From the NCBI GenBank assembly GCA_964469525.1, contig CAYXYU010000002.1:26687-90686 (forward strand): 64,000 bases of DNA, written 5' to 3'. The position numbers and the translations under genes are program-made. How positions within the stretch are numbered: the stretch's first letter is position 1; every line of letters begins with the position of its first letter. This document shows positions 1 to 9,234 of this stretch, one piece after another. Under the pieces are notes generated by a model. It had not been told where the DNA came from, made no database searches, and saw nothing but the letters and a program-made list of their open reading frames with translations. Source of the DNA: an uncultured Rickettsiales bacterium (GTDB lineage Bacteria; Pseudomonadota; Alphaproteobacteria; Rickettsiales; SXRF01).

Positions 1-701
1 CGGCTGCCAACGGGCTGGCGCATTGGGACGAAACAGGCATCGGCATCTGGCTGGGGCTCGACATCGTGATCCTGATGATGGTCATTGTCGGCGGCCGGGT
101 CATTCCCTTTTTCACCGAGCGGCCGCTGGGCATCCATATCAGGCGTGATGGCCGTATCGAGCGGTTCGCATTGGCTTCCACGCTAGCCGCGTTGATCCTC
201 GATGCAGCGGAGGCGGGCCAAACATGGCTGGGCATGGCATTTCTGCTGGCAGCAGTCGCCAATGGCTGGCGTCTTTCGCAATGGCAAAGCCTTAAGACGC
301 TGAAAGTGCCACTGCTCTGGGTATTGCATGCGGGCTATCTCTGGCTGGTCATCGGTTTTGCCACGCGCGCACTGCATTATTTCGAATTGATTGGTTCTCC
401 TTCCATCGGCACGCATGCCTTCACGGCCGGCGGCATCGGCGTGCTGACGCTGGGCATGATGGCCAGGGTATCGCTGGGGCACAGCGGCCGTGAATTGAAA
501 GTCGGCAAGGCAATGACAATCGCCTTTGCCTGCATCAATCTCGCCGCGGTTTGCCGGGTGTTTGGCGTCTGGCTGCTGCCCGCTTTCCTATGGCAATGGG
601 TTCAGGCGGCGGCGGCTTTCTGGCTACTGGCCTTCATGCTCTTCATAACAGTGTATGCGTCCATCCTGATGCGCCCGAGAGTCGATGGCAAAGACGGCTA
701 G
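1..701 (+). CDS. NnrS family membrane protein (5' end outside window)
   Basis: The frame is open from nt 3 to TAG 699-701. The product is a series of hydrophobic helices with a GGRVIPFFT segment typical of NnrS proteins. Family call is from memory. Confidence 0.65.
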   Translation, partial: AANGLAHWDETGIGIWLGLDIVILMMVIVGGRVIPFFTERPLGIHIRRDGRIERFALASTLAALILDAAEAGQTWLGMAFLLAAVANGWRLSQWQSLKTLKVPLLWVLHAGYLWLVIGFATRALHYFELIGSPSIGTHAFTAGGIGVLTLGMMARVSLGHSGRELKVGKAMTIAFACINLAAVCRVFGVWLLPAFLWQWVQAAAAFWLLAFMLFITVYASILMRPRVDGKDG

Positions 702-733
702 CTGATTCTGCCGTAAAATCTCCTGAATTTCCC

Positions 734-922
734 TCAAGCAAATACGAAATCGCTTTCGCTTAAAGAAGCCGTCTGGTCGCCTTCGATGTAGAATTCGAAA
801 CGGTAACCGTCGTCATCCTCAACGCGGTTATTGACATAGGTGCGGTCGGTGCCTGCGCTGTAGCTGACAGCGAGCGTGCCGAAGCGGAGGCAGGGAATAA
901 ATCCATGATAAAGAGCTTCACT
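734..922 (-). pseudogene. Orphan fragment resembling the C-terminal module of the neighbouring RTX epimerase
   Basis: The 62-aa ORF (MSEALYHG...LAVSYSAGTDRTYVNNRVEDDDGYRFEFYIEGDQTASLSESDFVFA) aligns by eye with LRLAYSATTDRTYVRSDQSDFEFYLQGDYRGQLSDADFLFT at the end of the 1036-2922 protein. It has no catalytic or RTX part. Confidence 0.4.
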
Positions 923-1035
923 CATCCGCACATTTACTCTCTTATTATAAAATCGCCGCCCCTCCCCAATAGAGAACAAACCCTCTTTGTCCTATCCGTT
1001 TCCTTGACTGAAACGCAACAGGCGAGGAGACGCTT

Positions 1036-2922
1036 ATGGCTGTGTATAACGTACTGAATTTCGGGGCGACGGCGGGCGACAACACGGATGACACGGCAGC
1101 GATCCAAGCGGCGATCGACGCGGCGCATGCCGCCGGCGGCGGCAGCGTCTATATTCCGACGGGCCTTTACCGGGTAAGCGGCGGCGAAGAGGCTTCCGAC
1201 GGCTGCATCATGCTGCGCGACAATGTGGAGGTGTTCGGCGACGGCATGGGCCATACGGTCCTCAAGCTGGTCGACGGCTCGGACCAGAAGATCACCGGCA
1301 TGATACGCACCGCCTATGGCGAAGAGAATGAGAATATCCAGCTGCGCGATCTTTCGATCGACGGCAACCGCGCCAATACGACCGGCAAGGTGGATGGTTT
1401 TTTCTGCGGCGTGAAACCGGGCGATACCGGCTCGGACCGGGATATCACTGTGTCGGGCGTGGAAGTGCGCAACATGTCTGGCTACGGGTTCGATCCTCAT
1501 GAGCGCACCACTAACCTAATCATTCGCGACTCTGTAGCCCACCATAATGGCCTGGACGGCTTCGTCGCCGATTTCCTGATCGACAGCCGGTTTGAGAATA
1601 ACGTTGCCTATAACAACGACCGGCACGGCTTCAATGTCTGCACCTCGACCAACAATTTCGTCATGACCGGCAACCAAGCCCATCATAACGGCGCGACCGG
1701 CCTGACTGTGCAGCGCGGCAGCGAAGATATTCCCTCACCGCATTCCCTCACCATCACCGATAACGTGTTTGCCTATAACGAGCGCGCCGGCGTCGAGCTG
1801 AAAATGTCCGACCACATTCTGCTCGAGGGGAACATAATCGCTCATAACGGACGCGAGGGGATCAAGATTTACGGATCGAGCAACGTAACGATAGAAGACA
1901 ATACGATCGAATCGAACTCCGAGTCCAAGCCGAATTATTACGCGGAGATACAGGCTCTGAACTATGACGACACCAACGGGCCGTCCGGCATGGTCTTCGA
2001 GGTGGAATCCATCCGGATTGAAGGCAACGACATCACGCAGGGGGATAATCACAGCAATCCCGCCTTCGACTTCGCCAACAACATCGAGAATGAAATCACG
2101 CTGGTGGATAATAATCTCGAAGGGTTCCCGAGCCAGGGACCGGTGACGCTGACCGGCACCAGCGGCAATGACACGCTGACCGGCGGGCCATTCGATGACG
2201 TGCTGGACGGCCGCGCCGGACGGGACAAGCTGACCGGCGGGGAAGGGGAGGATGAGTTCGTATTCTCGAATGCGACTCATTCTACGCACACCGCGCCGGA
2301 TGCTATTACCGATTTCACAGTGGGCGAGGACATCATCAATCTCAGCGGGCTCGGGTTCCATACGCTGGTCGGCGGCGGCACCACCGCGGCCGGTCAGCTG
2401 CGGCTGGCCTACAGCGCGACCTCGAACCGCACCTATGTGCGTTCCGACCAGTCGGACTTCGAGTTTTACCTGCAAGGGGACTACCGGGGCGTGCTTACCA
2501 ACGCGGATTTCAATTTCGGCTCATCCGGCCCCTCCAATGGTGCGATTAACGGCACCAGCGGCAACGACGTGCTGGTGGGAACCAGCGGCAACGATATCAT
2601 CGACGGGCTGGCGGGCAAGGATAAGCTCACCGGCGGGGCGGGCGACGATATTTTCCAATTCTCCAACCTGACCCATTCAACGCAGTTCTCTCCCGACGCC
2701 ATCACGGATTTCACTCCCGGGCAGGATCTGATCGATCTCAGCCTGCTCGAGGAGTTCACGCACTTGACCACAAACAGCCAAACGGCGGCAGGCGAGCTGC
2801 GCCTGGCTTACAGCGCTACGACCGACCGCACCTATGTGCGTTCCGACCAGTCGGACTTCGAGTTTTACCTGCAAGGGGATTACCGGGGCCAGTTGAGCGA
2901 CGCCGATTTCCTGTTCACCTAA
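1036..2922 (+). CDS. Secreted Ca2+-dependent mannuronan C-5 epimerase, Azotobacter AlgE type (one beta-helix A-like module plus two RTX modules)
   Basis: No signal peptide. The N-terminal ~380 aa closely recall the AlgE A-module (MAVYNV.NFGA..., DGSDQKITGM, SGYGFDPHE, NDRHGFNV). Two ~133-aa modules follow, each with GGxGxD nonapeptides (GTSGNDTLTGGPFDDVLDGRAGRDKLTGGEGEDEF; GTSGNDVLVGTSGNDIIDGLAGKDKLTGGAGDDIF). RBS GAGGAGA lies 5 nt before the ATG. Confidence 0.85.
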   Translation: MAVYNVLNFGATAGDNTDDTAAIQAAIDAAHAAGGGSVYIPTGLYRVSGGEEASDGCIMLRDNVEVFGDGMGHTVLKLVDGSDQKITGMIRTAYGEENENIQLRDLSIDGNRANTTGKVDGFFCGVKPGDTGSDRDITVSGVEVRNMSGYGFDPHERTTNLIIRDSVAHHNGLDGFVADFLIDSRFENNVAYNNDRHGFNVCTSTNNFVMTGNQAHHNGATGLTVQRGSEDIPSPHSLTITDNVFAYNERAGVELKMSDHILLEGNIIAHNGREGIKIYGSSNVTIEDNTIESNSESKPNYYAEIQALNYDDTNGPSGMVFEVESIRIEGNDITQGDNHSNPAFDFANNIENEITLVDNNLEGFPSQGPVTLTGTSGNDTLTGGPFDDVLDGRAGRDKLTGGEGEDEFVFSNATHSTHTAPDAITDFTVGEDIINLSGLGFHTLVGGGTTAAGQLRLAYSATSNRTYVRSDQSDFEFYLQGDYRGVLTNADFNFGSSGPSNGAINGTSGNDVLVGTSGNDIIDGLAGKDKLTGGAGDDIFQFSNLTHSTQFSPDAITDFTPGQDLIDLSLLEEFTHLTTNSQTAAGELRLAYSATTDRTYVRSDQSDFEFYLQGDYRGQLSDADFLFT

Positions 2923-2956
2923 CCCATACTCAAATTGATTATCCAAGGAGAATTCT

Positions 2957-4231
2957 ATGAAGAACGATACGCTCCATGATGTCTGCATGCTGGGGCTCGG
3001 CCCGGTGGGAACCGTATCCGGGCTGTGCTTTGCCAAGCAGGGATTCCGCGTGGTCGGGGTCGATATCAACCCCGAGCGCGTGGCGGCGTTTTCGCGTGGG
3101 CTAGCGCCTTTCGTCGAGCCGGGGGTCAACGACCTGCTGAAGGAATGCCTGGAGAAAAACTCTTTCACCGCGACCGATCGTGCGCAGGAGAGCATTGCGA
3201 ATGCCCGGCTGATTATGATCGCGGTCGGCACCCCGACGCCCGAGGAAACCGGCGTGCCGGACCTGTCGCAGCTGGAAAAGGTGGCCCACACCATCGGGGA
3301 GGCGATCGCGCAGGTGAAGCATGTTCCCATCGTGGTCGTGCGTTCGACGGTGCCGCCGGGGACGATGCGGAACCGCCTGGCGCCGATTATCGAGAAGGCT
3401 TCGGGCAAAAAGGCAGGCTGGGACTTCCATATCGCCTCCAATCCCGAATTCCTGCGCGAAGGCAGGGCAATCAAAGACTTTTTCCATACCGGCCGCGTCG
3501 TCATCGGCACCGATATCCCAGAGGCGGCGGACGCCATCGAGGCGCTATACCGTGACGTGGAGGGCAAGCGCAAGCGGGTGGCGATCGAGACGGCGGAATT
3601 CGCCAAATACGTCGATAATACCTGGCACGCGGTGAAGGTCACCTTCGCCAACGAGATCGCCCGCGTCTGCCAGAGTTTCGGCGGCAACCCGCAGGAAACG
3701 GCGGATGTGTTCCTGGCCGACGACCAGCTCAACATCTCCCCTTATTATCTGCGTCCCGGCTTTGCTTTCGGCGGCTCCTGCCTGCCCAAGGATACGCGCG
3801 GCATCCTGGCGCTGGCACGCCAGCACGGGGTGGAGGTGCCGATGATAGGCGGCGTACTCGATAGCAATGAAGAGCACATCGACCGCGGCGTTGCCAACGT
3901 GGAGAAACACCAGCCGGTCACGGTCGGGCTTCTGGGCTGCGCCTTCAAGGAGCATGTGGACGATCTGCGCGAAAGCCCGGCGCTGATGGTGGCGTCGAAG
4001 CTCCTTACCAATAACAGGAAGCTCATTGCCCACGATATGGCCTATATGGCTGGGGTGGAGCTGCCGCTGCCGCGCACGGATCGCAAGCTCCCCATCGCCG
4101 AACTGAACCGGGTGCTGAGCGATTCCGACGTGCTGGTGCTGATGCACGGGCTGCCGGAATACAAGCAGGCCTGTGCCAGCTCCGGCAAGCCGTATGTCGA
4201 TCTGACCACGGTGCCCGAGGCGGTGAATTAA
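2957..4231 (+). CDS. algD: GDP-mannose 6-dehydrogenase
   Basis: 424 aa with an N-terminal Rossmann segment GLGPVGTVSG and the GGSCLPKD catalytic-Cys context of the UDP-glucose/GDP-mannose dehydrogenase family. The alginate gene context supports the GDP-mannose assignment. Confidence 0.8.
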   Translation: MKNDTLHDVCMLGLGPVGTVSGLCFAKQGFRVVGVDINPERVAAFSRGLAPFVEPGVNDLLKECLEKNSFTATDRAQESIANARLIMIAVGTPTPEETGVPDLSQLEKVAHTIGEAIAQVKHVPIVVVRSTVPPGTMRNRLAPIIEKASGKKAGWDFHIASNPEFLREGRAIKDFFHTGRVVIGTDIPEAADAIEALYRDVEGKRKRVAIETAEFAKYVDNTWHAVKVTFANEIARVCQSFGGNPQETADVFLADDQLNISPYYLRPGFAFGGSCLPKDTRGILALARQHGVEVPMIGGVLDSNEEHIDRGVANVEKHQPVTVGLLGCAFKEHVDDLRESPALMVASKLLTNNRKLIAHDMAYMAGVELPLPRTDRKLPIAELNRVLSDSDVLVLMHGLPEYKQACASSGKPYVDLTTVPEAVN

Positions 4232-4252
4232 TTCCCAGGCCTGTAAGCGTAT

Positions 4253-4347
4253 GTCGTCATTCCCCGGATTTGCGTAGCAAATCCTAGGGGAATCCACTCT
4301 TTAAACTGGATCACCCTAGAATTGCTTCGCAATCGGGTAATGACGAT
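4253..4347. repeat. ~95-bp nested palindromic intergenic element (copy 1)
   Basis: Outer arms are gtcgtcattcccc / gggtaatgacgat. They enclose two inner hairpins (ggatttgc-gta-gcaaatcc and tagaattgc-ttc-gcaat). It is related to the element at 39215-39310 in the opposite orientation and lies between convergent genes. Confidence 0.7.
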
Positions 4348-4374
4348 GTTTGAGCTTCGCGATGACGGGGGCCC

Positions 4375-5679
4375 TCAGTGCTTGTAAGAAAGCGCGATGC
4401 CAATCACGTTGGCGCGGTAATCGGCGGCCGGATCGTTGGAATTGCGGTCCGTAAAGGTGTAATACAGGTTGGCTTCGACATCCTCATAGAACTCATAGGC
4501 GCTCCAGAGATGCAGCCCGTGCACATGGTCTTCCCGGCTGATGGTAGCCGATGAGGTGGTTTCAAAATCGTGGTTGGTATAGCTGTAGCCCGTGCCGAGC
4601 CGGAGCTGCTCGCTGTAATCATGTTCGTAATTGATGCGGGCGCGGGTGCGCAGATACGCCGAGTAATTATTGGAATAGGCATCGCGCACATCGCGCGCTA
4701 CCCGAACGCGCAGGCTGTTCATCGGGTCCATTTTCCATTCGGCGTCGGCATACAGATCCACTGCATCCACATCCGGCAGGCGCGCGGCCTCGTAATTTTG
4801 TTCCAGATGCCCGACCGCCACATCGTAGCGCAGGCCGGCGACCTGCTGCGGCTCGTTGCGGAACCCGACCAGGTAGCGATGCTGCGAGGAATCGCGGGTG
4901 GAGGCGGTACTCGAGTCGATACGGTTGTCGTGATCCCATTCCTCATGCGCGGTTTTCAGGTAAAGTTCATTATTCTGATGGAACCGGTACCCGACCAGCA
5001 TCGAGCCGCCATACTCAATGCGGTCGCGGTCGTCATGGATGTCGGTCCCGCCGGCCTGCATGCCGACATTCTCGTAATTGATGTTATGGGCGCCAAATGC
5101 CGCGTTGAAATGCAGCGGGACATCATTCGGCAGGTAATTCAGCGCCGCCTCTCCCAGAATGGTGTGGAACGGCGTGGGTTCGACGTTGCCCGTGCCGGGA
5201 TCGTCGACGAACGAGCCGATGCCCACATGGTCGAGGACATACCCACCCCGGGCTGACAGGGCAGCTTCGTTGCTGATATCGTAACGGCCCTGGGTAATGG
5301 CGCTGAAGTCCGTATAGTTATTTTCGCTATGGGAGAAATAGGTGCCGTTCTCGGCCTCGATTTCCAGACCCCAGGCATGCCGGTCGAGATTGCTCTGCAG
5401 CGCCAGGCGCGGTGAGAAATGGTTGATGATGTCGCTCTTTTCCCCCGTGGGTGAGCGGAAGATATTGTCGTTGAAGGAGAGGGAGTCCTCGGCGCCCACG
5501 ATCAGCTTGAGCGCAGCGAAATCCACCGGGTCGTATTTCTTTTCCTCGTACAGCTCCTCGATACAGGCCAGCTCATTGTCGCACAGATGCTCGACTTCGG
5601 CGGCATGGCTCGCGAGAGGCAGCCCTGCGCCGCATACTACCAACCCGACGCAGGCATAGGACTTATGATTGAACGGCAT
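4375..5679 (-). CDS. Outer-membrane beta-barrel protein, candidate polymer export porin (AlgE-position gene)
   Basis: It has a signal peptide (GLPLASHA/AE), alternating aromatic/polar strands throughout and a C-terminal beta-signal-like IGIALSYKH. It sits immediately downstream of the AlgK-like lipoprotein gene, as algK-algE do in Pseudomonas. Homology to AlgE itself was not verified. Confidence 0.55.
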   Translation of the reverse strand: MPFNHKSYACVGLVVCGAGLPLASHAAEVEHLCDNELACIEELYEEKKYDPVDFAALKLIVGAEDSLSFNDNIFRSPTGEKSDIINHFSPRLALQSNLDRHAWGLEIEAENGTYFSHSENNYTDFSAITQGRYDISNEAALSARGGYVLDHVGIGSFVDDPGTGNVEPTPFHTILGEAALNYLPNDVPLHFNAAFGAHNINYENVGMQAGGTDIHDDRDRIEYGGSMLVGYRFHQNNELYLKTAHEEWDHDNRIDSSTASTRDSSQHRYLVGFRNEPQQVAGLRYDVAVGHLEQNYEAARLPDVDAVDLYADAEWKMDPMNSLRVRVARDVRDAYSNNYSAYLRTRARINYEHDYSEQLRLGTGYSYTNHDFETTSSATISREDHVHGLHLWSAYEFYEDVEANLYYTFTDRNSNDPAADYRANVIGIALSYKH

Positions 5680-5703
5680 ATAGGCATCCTTTACGAGGTA
5701 TTA

Positions 5704-7479
5704 CTACTGCTCGGCAATAGTAATAGCATCGGATGCCAAATGGTAACCATTGTTTTTTGCCTGATTTAACCAATATTTCGCTTCCTGTAGGTTTTGCGCC
5801 ACACCTTTGCCGCTGGCGTACATGAGCCCCGTCTGGTACTGGCCTTCCACCTCGCCCGCTTCCGCCGCTTTCCGGTACCAGGCGAATACCTGCTGGTCCG
5901 TCTGCTCGCCGGCTCCGTTCACCGCCATTTCCCGCGCCTTATGCAGCATGGCTTTGCCGCTGCCCAGTTCGGCCGCGCGGGCCATCCACTGCCCGGCCTG
6001 CTCGGGTTGGGTATTTTTATAATACTGACCGAGCTCATAGGTGGCTTCCGCAGAACCATACCTAGCCGCCAGCCGCCACTGGCGGACAATCCGCTCCTTA
6101 TGCGCATCGCCCAGCTGGCTGGCATTCTCCGTAATGGCATCGAACAGCTTTTTTGGCTCCACCTGCCGGTAAATAGCCTGGTAAAGGTAATTTTCCTTAT
6201 CTTTCTCCTCCCAGCTATCCACCATCAGCATCGCATGCAGATTATGGTTCTGGTCAGCTAAAGCTTTGAAATGCTGATATGCTTTGTCTTTATCTGCACC
6301 GGCACTGAGCAGCATGGCGTAGCCCTTTTCCACTTCCGGGGTCATGGTGGCCAGCTGGCGCAACCGTTCGCGTTCGGCCTCGCGCAGCTGTTTCTCACGC
6401 TCTTTTTCCAGCCGGACGATCTGTTTCAACCGCTCCTCCTCCTGATACTGCCGCCAGGAGTTCCTGGCCTCCGGATTGCCGCGGGCGATGGCCTTGCCGT
6501 ACCAGCGTTCCATCAGTTCCGCATGGCCGGGCTGGTCCTTGGTGCGCTTGTAGATCTTGGCGAGGTGATAGGCCTGGCTGCCGTCGAGGTCGCCACCCTT
6601 TTCCCGCATGGCGAACCAGCGCAGCGCCTTTTCGTTATCCTCGGCATCATAAAAGGCTTTGCCCAGCGCTTCCATCGCCTGCAGGTTATTCCGCGCCGCC
6701 GCGGTCTGAAGCAGCGTCATGCCTTCATTATAGGACGGGGAATTAGCAGGCACGCCATGCATCAGCAGCTGAGCAAGCTCGACCGGCGCATCCTGGCGGT
6801 CGCCACGCTTGAGCGCCACGCTGTACCATTGCTTCGCGCTCCGTCCTGCTTCGGCATGCGCGGCTGCCGGGTGTAGATAAATGTCACGATAGATCCGTGC
6901 AATCTGCACGGCATCCCGTGCCGGGCTGTTGCTCCGGTAGTACATGCGTTCAGCAAGCCGGGCCGGAGGCAGCGCCTTGTCGAACTGTTCTTTCGCGATA
7001 TACAGTTTGGCCAGGTTGAGCGCCGCGTCGATCGATTCATACTGGTGGCGCAGGAGAATTTTCTCGGCCTTGTCGTAATCTCGCCGCGCCGGGCTCGCTT
7101 CCATATAGGCCTTGGCCAGCCGGACGGGCGAGCCGTCATAACCGGCCGCATAGGCCTGTTCCAGGTATTTCAGGGTTTCGTCGTGCCGTTCGTTGGCTTT
7201 CGCCAGCTGCGCCAGCTGGAAGGCGGCTTCCGATTTTACCTGACGATCGGGCGAGGCGTAGGCCTGCTCCAGCGCCTGCTCCGCCTGGTCATACTGCCGG
7301 TAATGACGCAGCCGCTGTCCTTCGATCAGTTGCTCGCTTCCTTCCTTGGCAATCAGCGTGTATTCACCGCAGGCAGAAAGTGAGAGCAGCGCGCACAAGC
7401 TGACGCAGCGCCACAGTTTCCCTTTTGCATTTTCTACCGGGGCAATCGTTTGCATCTTGCCAGCTCGCGCATGATTCAC
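5704..7479 (-). CDS. algK: Sel1/TPR-repeat outer-membrane lipoprotein, AlgK-like
   Basis: It has the lipobox LLSLSAC followed by many Sel1-type repeats (A..WY.KAA..G...A...LG..Y). It is paired with the barrel gene and divergent from alg8. Confidence 0.65.
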   Translation of the reverse strand: MNHARAGKMQTIAPVENAKGKLWRCVSLCALLSLSACGEYTLIAKEGSEQLIEGQRLRHYRQYDQAEQALEQAYASPDRQVKSEAAFQLAQLAKANERHDETLKYLEQAYAAGYDGSPVRLAKAYMEASPARRDYDKAEKILLRHQYESIDAALNLAKLYIAKEQFDKALPPARLAERMYYRSNSPARDAVQIARIYRDIYLHPAAAHAEAGRSAKQWYSVALKRGDRQDAPVELAQLLMHGVPANSPSYNEGMTLLQTAAARNNLQAMEALGKAFYDAEDNEKALRWFAMREKGGDLDGSQAYHLAKIYKRTKDQPGHAELMERWYGKAIARGNPEARNSWRQYQEEERLKQIVRLEKEREKQLREAERERLRQLATMTPEVEKGYAMLLSAGADKDKAYQHFKALADQNHNLHAMLMVDSWEEKDKENYLYQAIYRQVEPKKLFDAITENASQLGDAHKERIVRQWRLAARYGSAEATYELGQYYKNTQPEQAGQWMARAAELGSGKAMLHKAREMAVNGAGEQTDQQVFAWYRKAAEAGEVEGQYQTGLMYASGKGVAQNLQEAKYWLNQAKNNGYHLASDAITIAEQ

Positions 7480-7604
7480 ATTAAGATGAAGATGTAGGAA
7501 ACCCGGTATAAAAAATATATATTCAAAGTATTCCGGCGCCTCAAACTTGATGGAATTTTTATACGGCGAACTTTAAGAGGTGGCTTTCTCAAGAGGAAAG
7601 ACGC

Positions 7605-9167
7605 TTGCCGGCCATTCGCTTCAATAAGAATCTTCTCGGCCATGCCGCCTACCTGCTGGCGCTGGTGGCATTTACCGTCTCGCTGCCTTCCTCGCTGTGG
7701 GACCCGGAATCAAGGAATTTCATCCTGATCATCGGTTATATCGCCCTCTGGCGGTATTCCTGGTGGGGGATCAACCTCGTTCGTTTCCTGATCTATGAAA
7801 AAAGGGTTTTCCCCCGCTGGCGCGCGATCATCAACCAGCGCCAAAGCGAGCTGATGCCGTCGCACGTGTACCTGCTGGTGACCAGCTTCCGCATCGATAC
7901 GCAGACGACCCGGCTGGTCTATGACAGCTGCCTTCGGGAGGCGGTGAATTTCAATTCCAAACATCATATTCCCGTTTCCATCGTGGCCTCCATCGTCGAG
8001 AAGTCGGACGAGGTGCTGATCAAGAAGCTCTTCGCGCTGCACCGGCCATCTCCCACCGTGAAACTTATCTTCACCCGCATCGGCGGCACCGGTAAACGCG
8101 ACGCGCTGGCCTACGGCTTCCGGGCGATCTCCAAGACATGCCCGCCCGGTGATGCGGTAGCGGCGGTGATTGATGGCGACAGCATGCTGGAGCCCGACCT
8201 TATCGAGAAATGCGTGCCGTTGTTCAAGCTGCATCCCGACCTCGGCGCCTTGACCACCGACGAGATCTGCAGGGTGGAGGGCAACTGGAAATTCCGCGAC
8301 TGGTACAGCATGCGGTTCGCCCAGCGGCACATCTACATGTCGTCGGTCAGCCTTTCCAAGCGTGTGCTGACGCTCACCGGCCGCATGTCCATGTTTCGGA
8401 CTGACATCGTCTGCGATCCCGCCTTCATTGAGCGCGTGGAGTTGGACTGGATCGATCACTGGCGGCTCAAACGCTTCAAATTCCTGACCGGCGACGACAA
8501 GTCCTCCTGGTTCCATATCCTAAGCCGGGGCTATGCGATGCTGTATGTGCCGGACGTGAAGGTGATGACCATTGAGACGCCGCCCGACCCCAGCTTCTTC
8601 CGCAGCTCGGTCATGCTGATGCGGCGCTGGTTCGGCAACATGCTGCGCACCAACGACCGTGCCATCAAACTCGGACCGAAGATCATGGGATGGTTCCCGT
8701 GGATCAGCATCATCGACCAGCGCCTGTCCATGTGGACGGCGCTGACCGGCCTGACGGTAACGCTGCTGGCGTGGCTGGCCGGCATCGAGTATGCGCTGGT
8801 GTTTTATCTATACTGGATGATGCTGACGCGCTACCTACTGGTGCTGACGTTCCTGTTCTCGCGGCCCACGGTCAGCGCCACCTATCCGTTCTTCCTCTAT
8901 TACAACCAGATCGTCGGTTCTTTCATCAAGACCTACGTGCTGTTCCGGCTGGACAAGCAGAGATGGACGCGGCAGAACACCGCGCTGTCACTTGGGAGAG
9001 GGGTCTGGGCACAGCGGCTGGTCAGCTTCAGCTCCTTCTACATGCATGCATTCGCCTATGCCGTTTTTATCCTGGGCCTTGCCTTCATAACGGATATTTT
9101 ATCGCCCCCGAACCTACATTATTGGATGTTTATCACCGGGAGTATTCACCATCGTTTCCAATCTTAA
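7605..9167 (+). CDS. alg8: Alginate polymerase glycosyltransferase (GT2) Alg8
   Basis: TTG 7605 is the only start in the open frame, with RBS AAGAGGAAAG 5 nt upstream. The N-terminus (SLWDPESRNFILIIGYIALWRYSW) matches my memory of Pseudomonas Alg8. It has a cytoplasmic GT2 core and a multi-TM C-terminus. Confidence 0.85.
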   Translation: MPAIRFNKNLLGHAAYLLALVAFTVSLPSSLWDPESRNFILIIGYIALWRYSWWGINLVRFLIYEKRVFPRWRAIINQRQSELMPSHVYLLVTSFRIDTQTTRLVYDSCLREAVNFNSKHHIPVSIVASIVEKSDEVLIKKLFALHRPSPTVKLIFTRIGGTGKRDALAYGFRAISKTCPPGDAVAAVIDGDSMLEPDLIEKCVPLFKLHPDLGALTTDEICRVEGNWKFRDWYSMRFAQRHIYMSSVSLSKRVLTLTGRMSMFRTDIVCDPAFIERVELDWIDHWRLKRFKFLTGDDKSSWFHILSRGYAMLYVPDVKVMTIETPPDPSFFRSSVMLMRRWFGNMLRTNDRAIKLGPKIMGWFPWISIIDQRLSMWTALTGLTVTLLAWLAGIEYALVFYLYWMMLTRYLLVLTFLFSRPTVSATYPFFLYYNQIVGSFIKTYVLFRLDKQRWTRQNTALSLGRGVWAQRLVSFSSFYMHAFAYAVFILGLAFITDILSPPNLHYWMFITGSIHHRFQS

Positions 9168-9234
9168 AATAGCGGCCTCCTCGGACGCTGCACCATCAAA
9201 CATTACGCACGAGGCGGATGCGCAGCGGCAGTAT

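Noticed and set aside
978-1005. AGAAC...CGTT upstream of the epimerase gene as a possible sigma-EcfG promoter.
   Set aside because: The spacer is 19 nt rather than 16-17, and the -35 is imperfect.
2677-3735. 352-aa minus-strand ORF spanning the epimerase/algD junction. Similar antisense ORFs lie at 3545-4297, 14229-15326, 15494-16606, 45673-46698, 47822-48553 and 63409-63921.
   Set aside because: All overlap well-supported genes on the opposite strand and have Arg/Ala/Gly-rich composition typical of GC-rich antisense frames. They cross gene boundaries and lack family motifs.
7569-7591. GAACTT-N15-TCAAG, resembling an RpoE/AlgU-type promoter upstream of alg8.
   Set aside because: The putative -10 ends only ~13 nt before the sole possible start codon (TTG 7605) and overlaps its RBS. 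This leaves no room for a leader. It is probably a chance match.
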